Source: Octopus vulgaris (lineage: Eukaryota). Taken from it: DNA of 64,000 nucleotides. Below, piece by piece: positions 1 through 11,256 of this stretch (its first letter is position 1; every line of letters begins with the position of its first letter). Location of the stretch: the NCBI GenBank assembly GCA_951406725.2, contig OX597837.1, forward strand, positions 47,802,001 through 47,866,000. Direction: 5' to 3'. Below the pieces are notes generated by a model, which saw only the letters and a program-made list of their open reading frames with translations, searched no databases and was not told the DNA's origin. Both the position numbers and the translations under genes were made by a program.

Positions 1-617
1 AACAGCAAATAAGGATGGTGACTTATTATGACAGTGACGAAACAACATAAGCAGTCAAGCTGCTAGAAATAACAACCAAATCTCCTTCAAATCACACTCT
101 ACTATCGACCAATTTAATGTGATCTTGATTTCTTTGCAAAACCATATAGATGGTCATGATTAGAATGTCTTCGATCCTTGTGGAACAGGGTTGATCTAGT
201 GCTAAACAACTATGATAGCCAATGGTTTGCCAATCCCTGTCCGACCACATCATCAAATATAGAGAAGAGTATGGAACCGAAACAAATGTGTTTCAGAAGA
301 TTTGCTGATATGGACAATGACAAACCATATTGGAATTAACGCTAATGGTCAAACTACGGTTGCAGAAGGCAGTAGCTGTCAGCATCATCAATTCACAGAG
401 GATGGAATCTAGTTTCTTTATACATGGCCCTTGTTCATTTTAACAGGGTTTGGATGTGTATGCTGAGGTAATGTTATACGGCCAGATGCCCTTCCTGATC
501 CTTAATTTTCAAGTAAGGGATCAGCTTGGGATACCTGGAGGATTTGTTGACAAGAGACAACAACACTGCTTGCTGCACTTTTATACATGTGACTGCAGAG
601 CTAAACACACACACACC

Positions 618-880
618 AAATCCACTGATATGGTTTTGGTTGGCTGGGGGTCTATAGTACAAGACACCTGACAAAGGTGCCATGCAATGGGATGGAACCC
701 AAGACTACATGATTGGGAATTAACTTCTCAACCATACAGCTGTGCCAGTACCTACCCACACACCCAATAGGGGTTCTTTGAAGTTTCTGTTTACCCAAAC
801 CTCTTAAAATATTGATCAACCCAAGGATACAATAAAACATTTAAAAGTTCCACAGAGAGTTCAAACCCTGAATACTATAT
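618..880 (-). mobile_element. Two degenerate tRNA-derived SINE fragments (family with CORE-like ccttgggcaagtgtctt motif)
   Basis: Similar to better-preserved copies at 27665-27820 and 61868-62010 (accaaatccact...ctatagtagaagacac...aaggtgcca...gaaccc). Confidence 0.6.
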
Positions 881-942
881 TCAGACATTTACCTACATAT
901 AAGTGTATCACACACACACACAAGTATATCTACACATACAGT

Positions 943-3900
943 ACATGCCACCCTAAAAACATCGCCATTCCCGCCCGTTTCTCTAAAGTTCAACCTTCGC
1001 ATATTCCCTTTAATTCGATCTCCACCATTCACTATCATTTCTTCCCCTGACTTGCAGCGATGTCCATGAGCAGGCTAAGATTTCTCGCTTCTATTTCATA
1101 CATACATACATTTGTGTACCGTTTAAATGTTTTGAACTTATAACCACCAATCTGCTTTGCTTTCCTTTTCTCTCTACATGCCACCCTAAAAACATCGCCA
1201 TTCCCGCCCGTTTCTCTAAAGTTCAACCTTCGCATATTCCCTTTAATTCGATCTCCACCATTCACTATCATTTCTTCCCCTGACTTGCAGCGATGTCCAT
1301 GAGCAGGCTAAGATTTCTCGCTTCTATTTCATACATACATACATTTGTCTACCGTTTAAATGTTTTGAACTTATAACCACCAATCTGCTTTGCTTTCCTT
1401 TTCTCTCTACATGCCACCCTAAAAACATCGCCATTCCCGCCCGTTTCTCTAAAGTTCAACCTTCGCATATTCCCTTTAATTCGATCTCCACCATTCACTA
1501 TCATTTCTTCCCCTGACTTGCAGCGATGTCCATGAGCAGGCTAAGATTTCTCGCTTCTATTTCATACATACATACATTTGTGTACCGTTTAAATGTTTTG
1601 AACTTATAACCACCAATCTGCTTTGCTTTCCTTTTCTCTCTACATGCCACCCTAAAAACATCGCCATTCCCGCCCGTTTCTCTAAAGTTCAACCTTCGCA
1701 TATTCCCTTTAATTCGATCTCCACCATTCACTATCATTTCTTCCCCTGACTTGCAGCGATGTCCATGAGCAGGCTAAGATTTCTCGCTTCTATTTCATAC
1801 ATACATACATTTGTCTACCGTTTAAATGTTTTGAACTTATAACCACCAATCTGCTTTGCTTTCCTTTTCTCTCTACATGCCACCCTAAAAACATCGCCAT
1901 TCCCGCCCGTTTCTCTAAAGTTCAACCTTCGCATATTCCCTTTAATTCGATCTCCACCATTCGCTATCATTTCTTCCCCTGACTTGCAGCGATGTCCATG
2001 AGCAGGCTAAGATTTCTCGCTTCTATTTCATACATACATACATTTGTCTACCGTTTAAATGTTTTGAACTTATAACCACCAATCTGCTTTGCTTTCCTTT
2101 TCTCTCTACATGCCACCCTAAAAACATCGCCATTCCCGCCTGTTTCTCTAAAGTTCAACCTTCGCATATTCCCTTTAATTCGATCTCCACCATTCACTAT
2201 CATTTCTTCCCCTGACTTGCAGCGATGTCCATGAGCAGGCTAAGATTTCTCGCTTCTATTTCATACATACATACATTTGTCTACCGTTTAAATGTTTTGA
2301 ACTTATAACCACCAATCTGCTTTGCTTTCCTTTTCTCTCTACATGCCACCCTAAAAACATCGCCATTCCCGCCCGTTTCTCTAAAGTTCAACCTTCGCAT
2401 ATTCCCTTTAATTCGATCTCCACCATTCACTATCATTTCTTCCCCTGACTTGCAGCGATGTCCATGAGCAGGCTAAGATTTCTCGCTTCTATTTCATACA
2501 TACATACATTTGTCTACCGTTTAAATGTTTTGAACTTATAACCACCAATCTGCTTTGCTTTCCTTTTCTCTCTACATGCCACCCTAAAAACATCGCCATT
2601 CCCGCCCGTTTCTCTAAAGTTCAACCTTCGCATATTCCCTTTAATTCGATCTCCACCATTCACTATCATTTCTTCCCCTGACTTGCAGCAATGTCCATGA
2701 GCAGGCTAAGATTTCTCGCTTCTATTTCATACATACATACATTTGTCTACCGTTTAAATGTTTTGAACTTATAACCACCAATCTGCTTTGCTTTCCTTTT
2801 CTCTCTACATGCCACCCTAAAAACATCGCCATTCCCGCCCGTTTCTCTAAAGTTCAACCTTCGCATATTCCCTTTAATTCGATCTCCACCATTCACTATC
2901 ATTTCTTCCCCTGACTTGCAGCGATGTCCATGAGCAGGCTAAGATTTCTCGCTTCTATTTCATACATACATACATTTGTCTACCGTTTAAATGTTTTGAA
3001 CTTATAACCACCAATCTGCTTTGCTTTCCTTTTCTCTCTACATGCCACCCTAAAAACATCGCCATTCCCACCCGTTTCTCTAAAGTTCAACCTTCGCATA
3101 TTCCCCTTAATTTCGATCTCCACCATTCACTATCATTTCTTCCACTGACTTGCAGCGATGTCCATGAGCAGGCTAAAATTTCTCCCTTCTATTTCATACA
3201 TACATACATTTGTCTACCGTTTAAATGTTTTGAACTTATAACCACCAATCTGCTTTGCTTTCCTTTTCTCTCTACATGCCACCCTAAAAACATCGCCATT
3301 CCCGCCCGTTTCTCTAAAGTTCAACCTTCGCATATTCCCTTTAATTCGATCTCCACCATTCACTATCATTTCTTCCCCTGACTTGCAGCGATGTCCATGA
3401 GCAGGCTAAGATTTCTCGCTTCTATTTCATACATACATACATTTGTCTACCGTTTAAATGTTTTGAACTTATAACCACCAATCTGCTTTGCTTTCCTTTT
3501 CTCTCTACATGCCACCCTAAAAACATCGCCATTCCCGCCCGTTTCTCTAAAGTTCAACCTTCGCATATTCCCTTTAATTCGATCTCCACCATTCACTATC
3601 ATTTCTTCCCCTGACTTGCAGCGATGTCCATGAGCAGGCTAAGATTTCTCGCTTCTATTTCATACATACATACATTTGTCTACCGTTTAAATGTTTTGAA
3701 CTTATAACCACCAATCTGCTTTGCTTTCCTTTTCTCTCTACATGCCACCCTAAAAACATCGCCATTCCCGCCCGTTTCTCTAAAGTTCAACCTTCGCATA
3801 TTCCCTTTAATTCGATCTCCACCATTCACTATCATTTCTTCCCCTGACTTGCAGCGATGTCCATGAGCAGGCTAAGATTTCTCGCTTCTATTTCATACAT

Positions 3901-4307
3901 ACATACATTTGTCTACCGTTTAAATGTTTTGAACTTATAACCACCAATCTGCTTTGCTTTCCTTTTCTCTCTACATGCCACCCTAAAAACATCGCCATTC
4001 CCGCCCGTTTCTCTAAAGTTCAACCTTCGCATATTCCCTTTAATTCGATCTCCACCATTCACTATCATTTCTTCCCCTGACTTGCAGCGATGTCCATGAG
4101 CAGGCTAAGATTTCTCGCTTCTATTTCATACATACATACATTTGTCTACCGTTTAAATGTTTTGAACTTATAACCACCAATCTGCTTTGCTTTCCTTTTC
4201 TCTCTACATGCCACCCTAAAAACATCGCCATTCCCGCCCGTTTCTCTAAAGTTCAACCTTCGCATATTCCCTTTAATTCGATCTCCACCATTCACTATCA
4301 TTTCTTC
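943..4307. repeat. Homogeneous 233-bp tandem repeat array (14 full units plus a partial unit, cut by the gap)
   Basis: The unit start acatgccaccctaaaaacatcgcc recurs at 943, 1176, 1409 ... 2341 ... 4206; units differ by only a few substitutions and one 1-nt insertion. Confidence 0.98.
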
Positions 4308-4407
4308 NNNNNNNNNNNNNNNNNNNNNNNNNNNNNNNNNNNNNNNNNNNNNNNNNNNNNNNNNNNNNNNNNNNNNNNNNNNNNNNNNNNNNNNNNNNNN
4401 NNNNNNN
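4308..4407. other. Assembly gap (100 N)
   Basis: Run of N; true length unknown. Confidence 1.
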
Positions 4408-6630
4408 TCTGACAGTGTTTCTACGGCTGGATGCCCTTCCTAACGCCAACCACTCCATGAGTGTAGTGGGTGCTTTTTACGTGCCACCCGCACAGGTGCC
4501 AAGCAGAGCTGGCAAACGGCCACGAACGGATGGTGCTTTTACGTGTCAACGGCACGGGGGCCAGGCGAGGCTGGCAACGGACACGAACGGATGGTGCTTT
4601 TACGTGCCACCGGCACGGGGGCCAGACAGAGCTGGCAAACGGCCACAAACGGATGGTACTTTTACGTGTCACCGGCACGGGGGCCAGGCGAGGCTGGCAA
4701 CGGACACGAACGGATGGTGCTTTTACATGCCACCGACACAGGGGCCAGACAGGGCTGGCAAACGGCCACGAACGGATGGTGTTTTTACGTGTCACCGGCA
4801 CGGGGGCCAGGCGAGGCTGGCAATGGACACGAACGGATGGTGCTTTTACATGTCACCGACATGGGGGCCAGACAGGGCTGGCAAATGGCCACGAACGGAT
4901 GGTGCTTTTACATGTCACCGACATGGGGGCCAGACAGGGCTGGCAAACGGCCACGAACGGATGGTGCTTTTACGTGTCACCGGCACGGGGGCCAGACAGA
5001 GCTGGCAAACGGCCACAAAACGGATGGTGCTTTTACGTGTCACCAGCACGGGGGCCAGGCCAGGCTGGCAACGAACACAAACGGCTGGTGCTTTTACGTG
5101 CCACCGACACGGGGGCCAGACAGGGCTGGCAAACGGCTACGAACGGATGGTGCTTTTACGTGTCACCTGCACGGGGGCCCTAATGTTGATCGACCTCAAT
5201 TTGGTTTGATTTTGACTGTTCTCACTGGTCTTGCCGGGTTTTCTCACGCACAGCATACTTCCAAAGGTCTCGGTCACTGGTCATTTCCTTGGTGAGACCT
5301 AAAGTTCGAAGGTCGGTGCTTCACCGCCTCGACCCAGGTTTTCCTGGGTCTACCTCTTCCACAGGTCCCCTCAACTGCCAGGGTGTGGCACTTTCGCACA
5401 CAACTATCTTCAGCCATTCTCATCACATGACCATACCAGCACATACGTCTCTCTTGCACACCACAACTGATGCTTCTTAGGTTCAACTTTTCTCTCAAGG
5501 TACTTACACTCTGTCGATTATGAACACTGACGTTACACATCCATCGGAGCATACTAGCTTCATTTCTTGCGAGCTTACGCAAATCCTCAGCAGTCACAGC
5601 CCAAGTTTCACTACCATGTAGCATGGCTGTACGTACACATGCATCATACAGTCTGCCTTTTACTTTGAGCGAGAGGCCTTTTGTCACCAGCAGGGGTAAG
5701 AGCTCTCTAAACTTTGCCCAGGCTATTCTTACTCTAGCAGTTATACTTTCAGCGCACCCGCCCCCGCTACTGACTTGGTCACCTAGGTAACGGAAACTAT
5801 CAACTACTTCTAGCTTTTCTCCCTGGAAAGTGACGGAAGTTGGTCTCAGAGCATTTTCAGTGTTAATTGTTCCTGAGCATCTGCCACATACAAAAACCAT
5901 CTTCCTAGTTAGCCTTCCTTTGACATTGCTGCACCTCTTATGTGTCCATAGCTTACACTTGGTGCATCTTATAGAGTTTCTACCTACACCTTTTCTACAG
6001 ATCGAGCAGGACCATCTACCTGAAGGCGTTTGTGATTGGTCTACCTTCCTACTTATTAGGACTTTGGTTTTGGCTAGGTTGATTCTAAGGCCCTTCGATT
6101 CTAAACCTTGTTTCCATACCTGAAACTTCTCCTCTAGTTCTGATAGAGACTCAGCAATTAGAGCAAGGTCATCAGCATAGAGGAGCTCCCAGGGTCATCC
6201 TGTCTTGAATTCCTCCGTTATTGCCTGGAGGACTATGATAAATAGGAGGGGACTGAGGACTGAACCTTGGTGGACCCCAACCTCTACCCTGAATTCTTCA
6301 CTGTACTCGGTGCCAACCCTCACCTTACTAGCAGCGTCTCTGTACATGGCTTGTACAACTTTCACTAACCATTCATCTATCCCTAGTTTCCTCATTGACC
6401 ACCAGATGAGGGATCGGGGGACCCTGTCGAAGGCTTTCTCCATATCAACAAAAGCCAGGTATAGGGGCTTGTCTTTGGCTAGGTATTTCTCTTGCAGCTG
6501 TCTTACCATGAAAATAGCATCAGTAGTACTTTTCCCTGGCACGAACCCAAACTGCATCTGATCTAGGCTAACTCTCTCTCTAATTAGTTGGGCTATAACC
6601 CTCTCCGTAACCTTCATTACCTGATCCAGC
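4408..6630 (-). mobile_element. Young 5'-truncated RTE-clade LINE (RT, PHD-like finger, 3' UTR array)
   Basis: ORFs with QFGFVPGKSTTDAIF, FVDMEKAFDRVPR, GVHQGSVLSPLLF, LYADD, FRYLGD and RGRPRKTW. One premature TGA at 6195 and a frameshift near the C-terminus. Confidence 0.95.
4468..5180 (-). repeat. About 12 units of ~61-62 bp, GC-rich minisatellite in the RTE 3' UTR
   Basis: gaacggatggtgcttttacgtgtcaccggcacgggggccag...ctggcaa repeats, with two unit variants mostly alternating. Confidence 0.95.
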
Positions 6631-7117
6631 ATGTATGTATATATATATATATATTTACATACATATATATATATATATATATATTTACATATATATATAT
6701 ATACATGTATGTATGTATATATATACATACATGTATATATTTATATATGTATAACTTTATACATGTATATATATATATATATACATACATGTATATATAT
6801 ATATACATACATGTATATATATATATACAAACATATATATATACATGTATATATATATACATGTATATATATACATGTATATTCTGCTAGTGAGATGCTG
6901 AATGACCAGTTCAAAAGTGTCTTTACCACCCCGTTGGAACACAGACAAGTGAACGAACCAGTGGACTTCTTTGCCGCCTCACCTATAACCAGCGTATATA
7001 TATATATATATATATATATATACAAACCATATTTGTATATATATATACATGTTTGTATATATATATATATACATGTTTGTATATATATATAATATATATA
7101 CATACATGTATGTATAT

Positions 7118-7149
<32 letters not shown>

Positions 7150-7154
7150 ACATG

Positions 7155-7185
<31 letters not shown>
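6631..7185. repeat. (TA)n/(TACA)n microsatellite tract enclosing a ~110-bp CR1/L2-like LINE fragment (6882-6993, +)
   Basis: Low-complexity TA tract; the insert translates [16 protein letters not shown], typical of the CR1-group ORF2 linker. Confidence 0.7.
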
Positions 7186-7186
<1 letters not shown>

Positions 7187-7648
7187 ACTGAGATGTTAGC
7201 TTAAAAAATTAATAAAGAAACAATCGTAACTGAGATGTTAGCTTAAAAATTAATAAACAGACAATTGCATGCGATACTTATCTTGAAAGGTACAGTCCAA
7301 ACCCTTGTGCTTCTACGAAGAAATTTTCTTTCACAACAGAAAAGAAAACAATTCTTTTTATTTCTTACATTCGACTGAAGATAAATCAAAGACTTGCCAC
7401 CACGTGCTTTTTCGGTGAAGATTCTAGCAAGCGTAACCAACTTTACTGTATTATATTTGGCTTCAAGCGAAATATAATTACGCGTTTATAATTAATATAT
7501 TTTCAATTAATGTATTTTAGTAGACTTTATGAGTTAACAAGTTTTATGTTTTGTTACTTTTAGTAGAATATTTCGTCGATTTTTGCAAACCTTTTTGTTT
7601 TTTCACAGAGCAAAAGCAAACACGTCTTTCCTCTACGAAAACCGGAAG

Positions 7649-7696
<48 letters not shown>

Positions 7697-7699
7697 GAA

Positions 7700-7990
7700 G
7701 CTTTACGAAAATAAACAAATGACGAAGGCAGGTGGAGTACAAACAAACAATTGTATTAGTATGGCGCTCAAGAATATAAATAAAACAAGTCTTTTACGTT
7801 TTGAGCCTACGCTCTTCAACAGAAAGATAAACAGAAAAGAAACAAGGAGAGAAAAAAATGCATGCAGGAGCTAACGAATCAACATGGCGGTCTGATTTCG
7901 GCCAGAAGTCAGAGAACAGACGTTAGACGCAAGAGGGATAGTAGGGGAGATAACAGGGTTCAATGACCCCGCCCCAACATAAGGATGCGT
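7700..7990 (-). mobile_element. Penelope-like pseudo-LTR remnant with a degenerate minimal hammerhead motif (7791-7826)
   Basis: Minus strand reads cttt CTGTTGA a gagc gtag gctc aAAAC GTA aaag, which is minimal type I hammerhead topology. Confidence 0.55.
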
Positions 7991-8074
7991 GTGTGTATGA
8001 GAGAGTATGTATGTGCGTATGAAAGGTCTGGACGTGTGTATATATGTATGACGTGATGTGTAATGTCGTATGGT

Positions 8075-9200
8075 GTAGTGTAATCCAGAATATGCCATTC
8101 TTTAGATGCACGGTGCATCCATGTGGTCTTAAAGTTATTCTTTTGTTGAAACATGTATTGGTAACACACAGACGCAGCTCCTCACACATCTGCAGCAGAA
8201 GCATGCCATTACTATTACACTTCCCCACCCCATGCTTTCCAATTACAGTCCATGTTTTAAAATCCCTACCCACTCTAGCATTAAAGTTACCCAGTACGAG
8301 GGATATTTCTCATAATGCCTTTTGAAGCATGGTAGAAAGAAACTTTTTCATCATCAGTAGAGCACACAGAGCATACACACTCACCAAGGTCACATAATTT
8401 CCTTTAACCAAAGGAATTCTCATGGACATAAGACGCTCATTAATCCTGACTGGGAATTCTTCCAACTTGTCCACAAGAGTAGTCTTAACAGCCTCTCTAA
8501 ACTCTTCATCTCTATCTTTCCAAAAGAATGTATATTTTCCACAAGATTATGTAAGATGACCATCTCCAGCTAATCTTATCTCAGATAAAGCAACAATGTC
8601 AAGATCATAGCGTTGAAGCTCCTCTGCAACAAGAGCAGTCCTTCATTCAGGACATTCTGAGGACTCGCAGTCAAGCAGTGTCCGTACATTCCAACAGCCA
8701 ATATTCAATATTTTGTTTGGTTCTATCAGAGAAGCACAATGATGGCTGGGTTCAGACTGTGAAGCTCTGGAGCCCCAGCCGGCCAGACTCTTTTATCTGA
8801 TGTAGTTCCAGAGTTCTTACTGCCATTTATTTTTATACTGTTTTGATATATCATTGATTGTTTGTTTTTTAAGGCTACAGCCAGCCATTCAGTCGAGACT
8901 CATAGCGCTATCAACAATCATCAATTAGTTAATCAATCAATCAATGTTGTTATCATGCAATGCCTGTAAAAGAAGATATTTTTTTAAGTGAGGAAGGGCT
9001 GTGAACCAAGTCAATTCCACTCACTAAGCAACAGCAGCCATAACCCGAAAAGAATACGTCGACATCATCGGTAGCTACTGAGCCGCAGGTTTTATGTCAG
9101 AATTATCCCAGTTACCTGAGTTGCAGTCTCCTGGAAGGATGCCCTAACAAAGGCTAGGGGTCCTTCACTCCCAATGGTTTAACTGTGCGATTGGATATTC
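8075..9200 (-). mobile_element. RTE/BovB-like LINE 5' region (AP endonuclease), degenerate
   Basis: Translates NIGCWNVRTLLD...DIVALSEIRL...GNFNARVG...NSNGMLLLQMC...LCVTNTCF...TWMHRASKEWHILDY. Confidence 0.85.
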
Positions 9201-10199
9201 AGTTCGATTATTTCTATGTTCTCATGCAAGATAAAGCCATAGGCTGGATAAAATAGATATTAAAAAAAAAAGATTAAAAGAACGTACACTATATAAAAAT
9301 ATTGATATACAATATATACATAAAATATATGATATGTAATACATAAGATTGACATACAATATATACAATTTAAAAACACAATATACATTATGCACACACA
9401 CATACTGAAATATAACATATACAATACACACAGAGTTTAACATGCAATATATACAATACAGTCCTTTCAACTAACAGTCTTTACAATAATGGTTGCATGC
9501 AATAAACAAATTTCCTTATAAAATCGAAGAAAACCTTAAATCAAAAATAGCTTATAAAAAAGGACAGAGTCTAAATATCCAGGGTAAATAATTATTTGTA
9601 AAATATTAATCAATTAATATATTAAAAGTTATATCATTTAAAAAAAATGTTCACGTTCGATCACATATACATTCAGCAGTATATGCACATACTAAACCAT
9701 CTAAAGCTATATACACTAAAACATACAGATGCATGTACATAGTTACATACATATAGAGGCAGCTATATACAAATGCACATATATATATATATATGTACAC
9801 ACACATGCATGTACACAAAAATCTCCTGGCATATGCTTATACAAGTTTGTTACAGGTGAAAGAAAGAGAAGGAAAAAACATTAAGTGTTTTAATAAAGCA
9901 TATTACTCTACCTCTGGTATTCGAGTACTATTTTTTCCACCTTGTTTCACATTTACGTGCTTACTCTGGTATATACAAACATATACACACACACACATAT
10001 ACCTTGGGATGAGAGGGGACTTTGCACCAGCCACAGATCTGGTCAGTGGCTCTCAGCAGGTTGTCCCTTAGAAACGTCCAGTTGCTTTCTACCCCATGTG
10101 ATATTCTATCCCCTTCTACACACACATACATATGGTGGTTGTCTACTCTTTATACAGAGTTTAACCACCTCTACACCTAAGAACCATCATGGCTTCTGA

Positions 10200-11170
10200 T
10201 GTGGCTTTTTAAACCAGACAATGTTCTGAAAAGACACGCACATAGATTGCACTGCTGATTTGGATCACTAAGACCTGCAGATAAGTTCTGCTCTTTGTGG
10301 ATCTTAAAATGTCTCTTGAGTCTCTTTTGGATTTGCGAATCCTCTGGCATTCAAAGGTGTGCACAGATATACAGGCAGAATAGTTGCTGGAGGTTTGTTT
10401 TCCATGCGTTCACAAATGGGATTTGAGTCCAGCAAAAGAAAGACATGGTCTGTCACAGACTGGTCACATAAAAAGGTCATTGTCATTCACCTTGTTGATC
10501 ATTACATTCTTCTTTAGATTTCTTTTGAGTCTTACTTGCATTATCCTGGCCTCTTCAGATGCTTTTACTCCACTCCCCACCTTTGTTCACCATCCAACTC
10601 AATCCGAAGCAAATGTTTTTACATCTTCTGGAACCATTCCAAGTGACTTCATAGTAGTCCTTATGCCGTCCTTAAACCTTTTTTAGATTTACGCCGATAG
10701 CGTTTCCTCTCTGCAAGCTCACCATAAAACAGCTGTTTCAGCATGCGTTCATCTGCCATTCGAACAATATGGCCACACCATCTCAATTGGTTCCTCAAAA
10801 TCATAGCTTTAATTGAAGTGATGCCTGTAGATGCAAAGACATCTGTGTTTGGAGTAAAAGAAATTCATTTAATTATTAAAATGCGATGAAGGTATTTTTG
10901 GCGGAATTGTTCTGACAGTTTAAAATGCCTTTCATAATAAGTCCAAGTTTTACAGGAATACAACAGGGATGGTAAGACAAATGATTTGTAAAGAGCCAGC
11001 TTTCTATTATTTATATACCACTGGCACCAAACGCACGACTCCAAGCCACCAAATGCTTTTGCTGCCCTTTGAATTCACAGCTGTATTTCTGTATCAAGAT
11101 TTCCATCATTTTAAACAGAGCTTCCAATATAGACGAACAAATCGACAACCTCAAGTAACTTTCCTTTAAC
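10200..11170 (-). mobile_element. RTE/BovB-like LINE 3' ORF fragment
   Basis: Translates QLRWCGHIVRMADERMLKQLFYGEL...KKRFKDGIRTTMK... with a terminal CDRPC...GLKSH zinc-finger-like remnant. Confidence 0.8.
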
Positions 11171-11171
11171 A

Positions 11172-11212
<41 letters not shown>

Positions 11213-11256
11213 TATATACATGTACATATACATGTACATATATATATATATATATA

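Noticed and set aside
1035-1737. 78-aa minus-strand ORFs in the 233-bp array
   Set aside because: Open only in the two units with a TAG>TAC variant; the unit length is not a multiple of 3; no recognisable domain.
4415-5295. Long (237-264 aa) ORFs in three frames and a CRISPR-like look
   Set aside because: These are by-products of a GC-rich minisatellite in a LINE 3' UTR. The variable parts are related to each other rather than unique spacers, there are no cas genes, and the context is eukaryotic.
6588-7103. YI/IY-rich ORFs (also near 14058-14326 and 28201-28541)
   Set aside because: Translations of (TA)n/(CA)n microsatellites.
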